From Fistulifera solaris (Eukaryota): DNA of 64,000 nucleotides. The position numbers and the translations under genes are program-made. The notes below the pieces were generated by a model. The model searched no databases and was not told the DNA's origin. It saw only the letters and a program-made list of their open reading frames with translations. This document shows, piece after piece, positions 12,022-23,322 of this stretch (within the stretch, counting starts at the first letter, position 1; each line of letters opens with the position of its first letter). Location of the stretch: positions 1,922,001 to 1,986,000 of the forward strand of contig AP026124.1 in assembly GCA_030295235.1 (NCBI GenBank), in the 5' to 3' direction.

Positions 12022-12497
12022 ATCTCTTCGTTGCATCAACTGGCAGATAATAACTTAGCTATAATTCGTGAAACTATTTTAACAGGGGTCTGCTCTCAAC
12101 TGTGAATAGTAGAGATTAAATGCATGAAGTGGCAGTGGTGTGACTCCCGCTAAACCTGTCACTCACTGTACATGAAAGTACCGGTAACTGGGTCACGTCA
12201 CAAATATGGACATGCAAAAGAAAAATCGGGAGTAGTGCTTGCCAAAACAATATCGCCTCAAGTTTCAATGTGAAACGAAAACACTGCATAGATCGCAAAT
12301 GATGGCTTGCGTGTTGTCGTAATCGATGCTCTACATCATGCCATAAGTTTGGCAGTCGATTGTGAGCGACGGTTTCCATAGTTGGACAAAATAGCTTCAT
12401 GATACTGGTAGAGTCGTCACAATTGTCGAGGAGCACGTCTTCCGGAAGCATAACTGTCAGCGCGAAAAGCGCGCGCTTCCTTGTCTTGAAGAAAAGA

Positions 12498-14077
12498 CTA
12501 TGATAGATGTCCATGATAAGCTGATGAGCCATGCTCGTCATTGGGATCAAATCGCGGACTCACTGGTTCTTCTTCAGAGTCTTCATTCGTAGTGTCCATG
12601 CCAAGACCTCTCGTTTCAGGGAGTCTCGAGGAGCACGCGGCAGTGATAAGATGAACTAATAGCATCACAATTGCGACGACATGTAATGGGGTGTTCCCTA
12701 CCACTAGAAAGGGGCAGAAGAAAGCCCCCAGACGGGCCATCGCATTCGATGTGCTATGTCCTGTTCCTCGAACTTCGGTGGTAAGAATTTCAGCGGTCGA
12801 AACCCATGTGATACACGTAGCCGACATTTCGAACACCCGAGCCAAAAAGCTAAGTCCCAATAGCATGATGTGATGTGATCCGGTCGACGCCAACATACAA
12901 AAGGCAGAAATAGAGAAGCCCGCAATCAGATAGGAGACGACTTGCGACGGAATCCGACCGACGCGATCAACGGCCCAAATAGCCAATGTCGTTCCTACCA
13001 TTTCGGCTGCGCTGCTCATAAAAATGGCTGTATAGTCAAAGTGGTACGTTCTGTCTGTTTGGTGGTTTTTGTCCGAGTGGGCAAATACGTTCGTGATCGC
13101 CATGACCGTTCCGTAGTAACCAAAAGCAAACAAGCCCCAAGTCCCCCACAACGACAAAGTAATGTCTCTCCACTGGGGACTCAGCAGTTCCGCAATGGTC
13201 GCCTCTCTATGTTGGCGCTCGGGTGCTAAAGTCATCGAAGGGGGAAATACTACATCAGGATCCAGACCGTTTTGCGTGGCAGAGCGGCGGAGCACCGTCA
13301 TGGCCTCTTTTAGATGTCCTTTTGTCACTAACCATCGCGCACTTTCCGGGACAAAAAGAAACCCACGAATAGAGAAATAAGGCAAGGTATCGAGCAAAAG
13401 ACTACGAATAACCGCCAGTGGCCTCCATGCAGGCTGAAATAGGCGACCGCCACAACATACAATGAACCCACCGTCCAAAAGTACTCAATTAACAACAGAC
13501 TGGTTCCCCTCTTTGTTCTCGGCAGGAATTCCGCCAGAATATCAAATGGCACCGTCAAACCCCCAACTCCGAGACCGACCATGAATATCGTGGCTGCCAA
13601 AAACTGCACATTCGGAGCCAGAGAGGCCAAAAGACCAAAAACGGAAATATCCAAGGCGGTGATGAGAAATACCGGTCGGCGTCCAATCGAATCCGCGAGA
13701 GGTCCTAATAGTAAAGTTCCGACCATGGCTCCCGCAAACACCGCCGAGGCCATCGCTTCCGTGGCCTGCGGCGACAGGTTCCATTCGTCTTTCAACACAA
13801 CCGAGAGAAACGACAAGAGCATCAATTGCATGGCATCAGCTGCAAAACACACACCTGCGGCAGCGCAGAGAAGATACTGGAATGCACCGTATCCGAGTCG
13901 TTCCATCGCGTCATCGATAGTTATAACTTCATTTATGGCACTTGTTGTGTCATCGATTGAACAATCATCGGTGGAGTTATTGTCCGATGACGGGTATTGT
14001 TCTGATACGACAAATGTCTCTTCGGCCAGTGGTTCGTCTTCGCTGCGCGGAATGTGTTGATATTCTACCGCATTCAT
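12498..14077 (-). CDS. MFS transporter, SV2-related/organic cation family
   Basis: GPLADSIGRRP, LAEFLP..RG, VPESARWL, AVDRVGR, AEILTTEVRGTG and LPETRG. One missing base in the run at 13353-13357 joins the two ORFs. Confidence 0.88.
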
Positions 14078-14354
14078 GATTGAATTCTGTGTTATCGAAT
14101 GGCGTGTGTTGGGAGGTCAATGAATGGTAATTCATTGAGTTTTTGGAGTGACATTATTATTTGGAAACGGAACAAATCTCCGCGTCCTTCGGATTTCCAT
14201 CGTGAGAAGATCTGTTTTTCGCAATAGAAGTTTCGGGTGCCGATCGACAACAGCAGTACTGAGTTGTTAACGAGCGTTGAATGCCGGTTACAACGCTTTC
14301 GATTACTATCACTCAGTAGTAAAAAGTGTTGTTCGTTTTTCGCCGTGATTGGGC

Positions 14355-14371
14355 TTCAGTCATGAGTCGTC
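14355..14371 (-). promoter_or_regulatory. Candidate cis-element GACGACTCATGACTGAA (copy 2)
   Basis: Exact reverse complement of 4753..4769. Confidence 0.5.
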
Positions 14372-14681
14372 CTGGAATTTTGATCACACATCACACCATT
14401 CATATTGCGGCTTTACTTTTTGAGCCCAAATTGTAATTCCTCTCACACCGACGCAGATCCATCGGTTCCATAAGCGAAGATGAAACGGTTCCATTGTCTA
14501 CGCGATTTTCACGTACCAGGTACGTACCGGTGGTACCGAGAGGCCTCATGGAATTATTTTATCGTTAAAGGGTTTTACACTTACCGTATTTGGTACCGGT
14601 ACGTCAGCACTCCATGAGAAGTAAAGTAAATCATCGACCATGAAAGCCATTCTACGGTAGCGTCTTTTCTTCATTCTTGCA

Positions 14682-16247
14682 ATGTTACGCAAACGAGCAC
14701 GACAAACTACTTCCTTTCTGCCCATCTTATCACGTTCTAGCGCAAGAAAGGGCAGCAAGCGCACCCCGTATAGATTACTCGTTGCAGCAACCACCGCAAT
14801 TGCGGCAGTGTTCTTATTTTTTCGTTCGCTTCGATCGGACGCCAAAAATGTTCACCGCTCCAGATTACTTCACTCGACTACCAGTACACCTCCACATCCC
14901 GATGGGACCTATGATGTGATTATTTTAGGTTCTGGTCCCGCTGGCTTATCGGCAGCGGTGTTTGCCGCGCGGTCGACGCTTTCCGTTTTGGTGTTGGGTA
15001 GTTTGCACGGTGGTTTGTTGAGCGAAGCCACGTCGTTGGAGAATTTTCCGGGATACACTTCCACCGACTCGTTGCAATGGCTGCAATCCACTCAAAAACA
15101 AGCGCAAGACTGGGGAGCCACCATGGCTTTGCCGGGCCTGACGGCACAATCGATCACACAATCCAATCACACCTTCCAAATCAAGACCGAACTGAAAGTC
15201 TACCAGAGCCGAGCATTGATTGTTGCGACGGGTGCTACGCCGCGACGCTTGCATTTGCCAAAAGAAGATGATTTTTGGGGTACTTTCATTCACTCTTGTG
15301 CCATTTGTGACGCCAGTGCGTACGGGCCCCACGATACGGTTCTCGTGGTGGGCGGTGGAGATGCTGCCGTGGCCGCGGCGTTGTATTTGTCACGAATTGT
15401 TGGGCAAGTCATTGTGGTACATCGACAAACTGATTTTACGCGACCTAAGAATTATGCGGCCGTCGAGCAAATGAAATCGTCACCCAAAGTTCGTGTCCTA
15501 ACTCCGTATGTAGTGACGTCTTGGATGCTAGATCCATCTCAGACCTTGTTGGTGGGAGCACAACTGGAACATGCTTCCTCGAAGAAGCGAATGGAAGTCA
15601 AGGTACATGGAGCCTTTCTTTTGATTGGTGCAATACCCAACACAGGCTTTCTTCGTGGTCTTGTAGCTCTCAATGAAGAAGGATTCATTGCCGTGTCTCG
15701 CGATAATCAAGGAACATCCATACCCGGGTTATTTGCAGCGGGTGAAGTTGTTTTGGATCGTGGTGGTTATCGACAAGCCATTACGGCAGCCGCACAAGGC
15801 GCTCAAGCTGCCATGGATGCAGAACGGTGGCTGGCACAGAGAGGTCGGCTTGAGGCGGGTCCACGGAATGATGGAGCGATCCAGCGCCGTGTGATGCGAA
15901 CCGATCCACCTCGACCGGCTGAGGGCTGTGACTTGACCCAAATCGAATGTTTGAAAGATGTAGTACACAAGTATCCTCTTGTGGTGTTTTCTAAATTTTC
16001 ATGTCCTTATTGCGGAATGGCCCTGGAAGCGCTAGGGATAATAGGTGCCAATCCGCATGTCATCGATCTAACCTATTACGGTCCAAAAGCGCACCTCGTT
16101 CAAACGGCACTTGCTCAATTGACTGGTCGGAGAACTGTGCCGAACGTGTTTATTGGTGGAGAAAGTATCGGTGGAGGTCAAGAAACGGTGCAGTTTCAGC
16201 GGTCGGGGCAGCTCAAAGAGAAGCTTCTACTTGCGGGTGCTCTCTAA
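14682..16247 (+). CDS. Low-MW thioredoxin reductase fused to a C-terminal glutaredoxin, with an N-terminal hydrophobic anchor
   Basis: YDVIILGSGPAGLSAA, IVATGA, CAICD, VVGGGDAA, TSIPGLFAAG, YRQAITAA. Then VVFSKFSCPYC, TVPNVFIGG..IGG (Grx). Single uninterrupted ORF. Confidence 0.88.
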   Translation: MLRKRARQTTSFLPILSRSSARKGSKRTPYRLLVAATTAIAAVFLFFRSLRSDAKNVHRSRLLHSTTSTPPHPDGTYDVIILGSGPAGLSAAVFAARSTLSVLVLGSLHGGLLSEATSLENFPGYTSTDSLQWLQSTQKQAQDWGATMALPGLTAQSITQSNHTFQIKTELKVYQSRALIVATGATPRRLHLPKEDDFWGTFIHSCAICDASAYGPHDTVLVVGGGDAAVAAALYLSRIVGQVIVVHRQTDFTRPKNYAAVEQMKSSPKVRVLTPYVVTSWMLDPSQTLLVGAQLEHASSKKRMEVKVHGAFLLIGAIPNTGFLRGLVALNEEGFIAVSRDNQGTSIPGLFAAGEVVLDRGGYRQAITAAAQGAQAAMDAERWLAQRGRLEAGPRNDGAIQRRVMRTDPPRPAEGCDLTQIECLKDVVHKYPLVVFSKFSCPYCGMALEALGIIGANPHVIDLTYYGPKAHLVQTALAQLTGRRTVPNVFIGGESIGGGQETVQFQRSGQLKEKLLLAGAL

Positions 16248-16322
16248 GTTATGAAACAACGAGATATGTTTGTTAATGAATACTTCATACTTTGCAAGAG
16301 AAAAAGTTTCCTGGAGGACTAG

Positions 16323-18483
16323 TTACCTTGTGCCTGTTGCTCCGATGAGCTTCATCTTTTCAACAAGAGAGTCGATGACGCGAAACTGTCGAGTCCATTG
16401 TACATTGTACAAAAATTGCCGCAGATCAAAACGATTGTCATCTGGTGAGTATCCCTCTGCATGATATGCTGGAGTGATTGTGCACATTTTGTGTCGGTTC
16501 ACTGAGTAAAAGAAGAAGAACTTTTTCACCTTGGCTGCCACTTGAATAGGTTCTAAATGATTCCAATACACACAAAGCTTTCGGTACATGGAAACAGGAC
16601 CGCATCTCGAAATTTTTCTGAGCTTACCAAACCAGCCGAGCTCTTCATATGTCATTCCCATTTCCTCCTCATCGAGTTGCGAATGCTCTATATCTTCCGA
16701 AGGACCCTCTATTTCTGCGCGTGGTCGTAATTCTGCTGTCGGTGGGGCACCAGCGATTTCCTTTAGTACGTTCCAACCGTACTTTTCGGCAACCCAGATT
16801 AACATCTTCTTCAAATCATGTTTAGAAATAGCTCCAATCGGATTCAAATCTGCCGAAGAGCAGTCATATTTTGTCATATAGCCTCGCAAGCCTTCATCCA
16901 CATTAGCGCTTCCTAAAACAAGTAAAAACCCACTGCGACCACGCACCCACGGAAGCAGCTGAGCATAGAGATAGGCAGTCACCATCCGCAATCGTGCCTG
17001 GATATTTTGCAAAGCCAAATCTTCCGACATTTGACCCCCTTGCGAAGAATACCGCGGGGTCTTTCCTGTCGTCATGGAAAACACCTGGATAACAGCTTCG
17101 ACCATTCGATCTATGGTAATGGAGAGATGATACGAACCGATGGTTTCCCCCAACCGTTTGGCGCGAGAAGCCGTCTTTTCGGAAGAATTTTGGGTACCCA
17201 TGTACGTGGTATGTAATACGTGATGGGCTAATTCCTGTGGCGTCTGTGGTACCCACGGAGCTTCTTTGCGGCAAATCGATCGACAATCGTGAGCGGTCGA
17301 ACCTTCTGGGTCGGCTTGAGCCGCTTCGGTTACCATGACACACATTGCACCGACAATGGCAGCCACCGAAGACGAGTCTGCCCCACCCGAAAGCGGCAAA
17401 AAGAATCCGGTAGCACCAGATCGTCTTAAATAATCCCAGAGCCAGCAGGCGGGGCCCAAGCAGCATTCTTCTTCGGGTCGGTGGGAAACGAGATCTCTCG
17501 GCAAGCTAGGAATAGCCAAAGACTGTGAAGAAACACGGAATTCCCTACAATTCAGAAGAGGCGGATTATTATCGGTGCCCGCCGCCTGTACTCCAAACGA
17601 AGGAATGGAGGCACGGTACGATCGAACATCGTCTAAATCTATTGTCGCTGCAATGACTTCGACTTCATCGTCCACAGCGAATTGTTGCGCTTGCGCCAGC
17701 ACTTGCCCGTTACAAACAATCAAGGCACCCCCATCAAAATAAAGACGCCCCCGTCACACCCACGTTGATTCGCGTACAGATACACACCACCACATTTTCG
17801 TGTGGCGGCGACAATGAGCTCCAGCCGTTGATTCAATTTGCGCAATTCGTGATGACTGCCAGATCCATTGCCAATAATTTCGACACCTTGCATGGCGTGC
17901 GCAATGTGCGTGGATTGGGGTGTCCATAATTCTTCACAACTTTCAACTCCAATGGTGACACCATCGGCCAGTTGCAACGATTGGATCCCGAAGGGTGCCG
18001 TTGTCTGGTGAAATTTTGTGGCAAAGGATTCGGGCAGTAGGAGGGCTGATGGAGAATTCTGGGTTGGTCGGTAAGCCGTAAAGTAACGCGACTCGCGATA
18101 ATTTCCATTGTCGGCCATGGCAATTTTGGGTCGAATGAGTAGAATTTTGCGATTGCAAGCGAGGATGCGACAATTGTAACGAACGCCCTGATAGAGAACG
18201 GGCATACCAAAATCACACAACAAATCATCCGTTGCTCCTCTTTCTAATAATTCTTCCAAACTCTCCCAACAATGCGCAAAAGTGTCTTGCTCTAAAAATG
18301 ATCTTCACAGCCGTATCCAGAAATTTCCAATTCCGGTCCGAGTCGATAAAAGGCACCCAATTCTTTGGCTCGTTGACAACTTGTTAGAATCCGTTCAAGA
18401 TTGCCATCAAAATCTAATGCCCATTGATTGAGATTGCATGTCGCCACGGTCACTAGATTGCCTTTTCCGTAGGTGCCTGTCAT
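16323..18483 (-). CDS. NADSYN1: Glutamine-dependent NAD+ synthetase (QNS1/NADSYN1)
   Basis: [76 protein letters not shown]. Frameshifts at homopolymers 18294-18298 and 17748-17752. Confidence 0.95.
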
Positions 18484-19249
18484 TCTTGTACTATTTGTAA
18501 ATGCAATGAATGATTGGATGAAAAGCTTATTGAAAATAATAATAGGTTTGTTGTCGCGCACATCTTTTTGTCGTGCACTTCAGAGGCAAAAACCAGCGAC
18601 GAACGAAATGGCTTTATCGAATTATCGACTGACTAGTCTTTACAAATTCCGACTCAACTTTATTCGAGTCCCGAACAGTGACTACCAAGGCAAATTCAGT
18701 GAAAGGCGACATCCTAATCACTGTTTTAGGTTTTAAAGCAATGAATGTAACAAATCGACTGTTGTAACGTGGTTTGCTAATGTTAATTCTGTTATAGGCA
18801 TGAACAAGCGTCAACTTCGTTTCATGGAGTCAAACCAAAATCCGACTCTTCTTAGGACACGGATTTCGAAAACGAAACACAAGAGTTTCACAGATACCAG
18901 GTACCAGGTACATAGATGTCGCCGGAACTGTTCTACCTTTGGCTTTGGTGCTTGTGATTAAGAGTGCCCGGTTCCGGTACCGTAAATAGATTCTGTTGCT
19001 ATCCCTTTGTGTACTTTGTACGTACAAAGTAGTTGCTGCGTTTCAGCATCACAACAACATAACGTCGCACCGTTTTTCACGAGGCCCCACGCAAAATGCC
19101 GCCCAAAACAAGGACGACTTGTTTTCGTGTTGAGAAGAACATATTTTATTTCCCGTCGAACGAACGAATATCATCGCTGGCAATAACGTTCCTTGTAGTC
19201 TTTTTTCATTCATTCATTCTTGAAACGTTTCTAGATTGTATTGTATCGT

Positions 19250-21522
19250 ATGGCACTTCGAACATTTCACGCGAACCCGTCATTGGGCGGATTCGGTAAT
19301 GAATCATCGAATGCGCAACTTTGGCTCAATCGAACGGGAACTACTACTACCACTACTCAAAGTAAGAACGACGAACCCGTCGATGGAGATGCATTTGCAC
19401 AAATTATCAAAGAACTCGTCGACAATGCCGTCGATGCGTGTCTTTCTTCCGACCATGAAGATACATCCCCCAAACGAGTCCGTGTCGACATTCAACCCAC
19501 CAAAGAAGATGATCATTTACTCCGTGTCACCGTGACCGACAATGGTTGCGGAATGCTCGACATTCAAGCCTGTGTCGATCCCTTTCGAACGAGTAAACAA
19601 GATACGGAAAGCAATACGGCCGGACGATACGGGATCGGTCTCACGCTGTGTTTACTGCACGCCCAGCGGTTGGTTCGCGGGTCCTGTGCCGTCATTCGTT
19701 CCGCGACGGCGCAACAAACCGAATGGACGACCTTGCAATGTGTCGTCGATGCTGATCAAGACAAAATTCAGTGTACGACACGGATCAGTGGCCATCAACC
19801 TAAAGATTTTGTTCAGGAGAGTGGGACTTGTGTCAGTCTACTTGTGCGGGTACGTAATTGAGTGCAACCGCCGTGGGTCTTGATGGCTCTGTTACTTTGG
19901 CATTCTCATATATTCTCATCTCTATTCTTCAGGGAGGTGCCTGTGCTACCATGGCGTGGCCACGACTTGCCGAATATTTGCAACGATTTCAATTGAGTAT
20001 CGGTTTGGGTTGTAGTTTAGAAGTGTTGGCTCCGACACTTTCTTCGGTTCCTTTATGCATACGGAGTCTTCGATCCGTCACGAATGACTTGGAGCAAGAA
20101 GATGCTAAGGATGAAGAGTGGACGGATGGCTTCACGGATTCAGGGCTTTTTCGTACCGACAAGATGGCGAAGCATAATCGCCCCGAAGTGCCCACCACCA
20201 AGAAGAAATGGGAAGGAGAAGAAGCGAAACGTCAAAAGTGGATGTGTACGGCGGCACAGCATTACTTGGGTCGAACCGTCAACGAATGCAATGTGGCTCA
20301 TTCCATCGTACCCATTCGTGGCATTGCCATTCCTAGTGGTCGTACCACGAAACAGAAAACCTCAAAACGTAAGGCTGCTGATGACATTCCTATGTTAGAA
20401 GTGGACTTGATTGTCTGCGGGGGTGCTGAATCGGAGGAAGATGTTGAAATTTCGAATCAATGCTCTTTTACAGAAACCGAATCCACTCCCGAAGTCTCGG
20501 CCATGATTACTTTAGTTCGCATGGTAAATCGTATTCCGTTACTCGATAGCGCAGAGGCGGAAGCATGTGGTATTGCACAATCCATCTCCTCCAAGAAACG
20601 AATTTGGCATTCCTTTGGTTTAGAAGTCAACCGCATTACTCCGGAACCGGGTACCAACTGCGCCAAGCGTCTCCGATTTGCCGTACGAGACAGTGATCAG
20701 GTGGCTCCATTCTTTCAGAAAAGTAACCACAGTCGTGTGCATATTGCCGAAGACGAAACGGATGATGATGATGATAATGGAAGCGTGGGTGATGAGCCAG
20801 AATTGGGACCCAACCATGCATTCCGTCGTCGCAAAAAAGGACCTGTAGTTCTACTTCCCGCCGCCCAGCGTTTGGGCAGCATACTCGCGGTGATCCAAAT
20901 TCACGCAAAGCCTTCCACCTTACCCCTACCAACGTTGTCGAAAGGACGACTCCCGTCCGACCATGTAGCTATCGACAACGCCATCGAGGTGGCTCTGACA
21001 GAGTGTTTACGCAAGCTGCAAGCTTCGAATCCGGCGCTTTTATTGACTGCTGGTGAACTCCGCGTAGCCGAACGCGATGCAAGGTACATTCCGGCAGTAT
21101 CAGAAGCGCTTTCTTCCATTCTTTTGCGATCGACAAAAGCCGCTGAAGTGGATAATCTCTTGTACGACAAAGTTCAAAAGTGGGATTTGAATGGGAGCGT
21201 TGACCGAAACTTGAGAGATCATCCTGATGCCGATAAGGTGCTAACGAGACTTCTGGATACTCAGATCCGAACCAGTTTCGCGTCGAATGCCGAGCTCAAA
21301 GAAGCGCGTACGAAACGTCCTACCAAGAAATCAAAGAAGGTTGCCTGTGTAACACCGGTGGAGTACGAAAATGATATTAGCAATTTGGATCGTCTCTTCG
21401 GCTATTCACCAGAATCACAGGATACTTTCACGTCTTTTCCGAAATCCATCCGGGAAATGGGGAATGAGACTCACGACGATTTTGCATCTTATGGTCAAGA
21501 GGATGACTTTTTCGATTTCTAG
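19250..21522 (+). CDS. Topoisomerase VI subunit B-like GHKL ATPase (TOP6B/MTOPVIB-like)
   Basis: FHANPSLGGF, IIKELVDNAVDAC (N-box), VTDNGCGM (G1), AGRYGIGL (G2), transducer LVRMVNRIPLL. Phase-0 intron 19850..19932. Confidence 0.75.
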
Positions 21523-21551
21523 CACAGCCCAACTGTCATGGTAGCTCTTTA

Positions 21552-22799
21552 CTAGATCAATCCTCTCTCAATATCCCAAACATCACCCAACGGACCTTTT
21601 CGTTTGGCCACCACCTGGTCAATTGCTGCTTTTTCTTCTGCTTTGAGTCGGAACGAATGTGTTTTCACGTTTTCATCCAAATGTTCCAGATTGCGAACCC
21701 CAATCAAGACCGATACAACGGCGGGTGTTTCCAATACGTAACGTTGAGCAATATTGGAAATATTCGCCGTACTGCAACGTCCATCGAGCCGCACTTGCTT
21801 GGCAATTTCATCCATGGTCCCCAATAGTTCTTGCACGAGTTTCCAATCCCCGAACCGTGCCGCAGTTCGACTGTACATGCGCATACTAGCGGTTTCGTTC
21901 ATTTCTTCGGGCGTCGGTGCCCGTCGATTTAAATATTCGTTGCTCAATATACCACTCCCGACCGTTCCAAAACCAATCAATCCAATGTTGTGGTCGACGC
22001 ACCAATTGGCCATGCCGCTTTGCACCGCGCGTCGGTCCAGGGCCGACAGCTGTACTTGGTGCGATACAAGGGGCACACCGGCCTCATACAGTTCCTGTAA
22101 GCGTATTAGATCAAAGTTGGTGGCTCCAATTTCCTGTATCAATCCTTGTTCTTTCAATTCGGTGAGATACAATGCGACATCGACGTATCGTTTGACATTG
22201 TAGTCGGACCAAAAGAACTGCACCAGGGGGAGTTTGTCGACTTGCAATCTTTCTCGTGCTTTTTCGATGCGCCGTTTGACTTCCGCTCGATCAATATCTT
22301 CTAAATAACGAAAACAACAGAATTTAGTGAGGGGAACAGCATTTGGTTGCAGCTTGACGAACCGACCGACAATTAGTCTAGGTAATAATGATAGAAAAGA
22401 AGTGAGACGCGGATCGAAGAATGGCGTTGTCGAAGAAAGCACTTACTCAGAGATTCCGTAAATGTCGGCAGTATCCAAGGTGGTAATGCCGGCATCGAAA
22501 TGTTCTTTCATGTTGGTCAGAACATCCGATTCACGGAAACTACCGTGTCCACCCGCCAACTGCCAATGACCTTGAATCGTTCGAGAAATTTCCAAACTCC
22601 CCAATCGAACTGTTGGGACTTTAAAAGTCGTCGCGGCTGATGATGCTGAACGGGATGCAATGAGGCCGCTGACGACGGTAGCTCCCTGGAGCGCCTGACG
22701 TCGTGAGAAGAGGCCAGAAGGAGTTGCCGGTGTCGGTGAGTAAGCCAATCCTTCCGCGGTAACGGCAAACGTCAACAGAAGAGTTGCGTAGAAGCGCAT
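21552..22799 (-). CDS. Aldo/keto reductase with N-terminal targeting sequence
   Basis: GHWQLAGGHG, GITTLDTADIYG, IGATNF, QVQLSALDRR, LIGVR..HL.EN. Intron 22378..22446 restores the frame. Confidence 0.88.
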
Positions 22800-23322
22800 C
22801 GTATCAATATTTTTGTGATCCTTCCATGAGAATGTCAATGCTAGTAGAATAATAATGGCAACTGTTGCCGACAAATAAAAGGAGTTGGCTGATGTGGTGA
22901 ATGCGCGTGCGAGAATACTGGTACCAGTGTGAGTGTGAGAGCGACCAGTCGACAAAGATAATGGTACCGGAGCGATTCATATATTCTATGACCAAAACTA
23001 CATTGTAAACGAAGTTCCGGTCGTTTCGACGCCAATGACTCCAAGACTCAAAACGCACAAAACACAACGAAGAAGAAAAACCGGCTCGTATCTCGTATAC
23101 GGTCCTCGTTTCAACAAAATCCATTCCAGTCGAACGAATCATTCTTTCGGTGCACGCTTTTGTGTGAAAGCGTGCACGATACAAAAGTGGCTTCACGTCT
23201 GAATGAATCTCATATCCGAGCGGGTAGGATGGATTCGTCTCATATTTTTTAAAACGAACTGAAAGAAAGAGAGGAGTCATCGGCATCCAACAAAGAACCA
23301 ACACTTCATAAATACTACTAGC

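Noticed and set aside
10247..12550. ORFs 10247..10687 and 12116..12550 (minus strand)
   Set aside because: No recognisable motifs; each overlaps the end of a better-supported gene and is probably UTR or intergenic.
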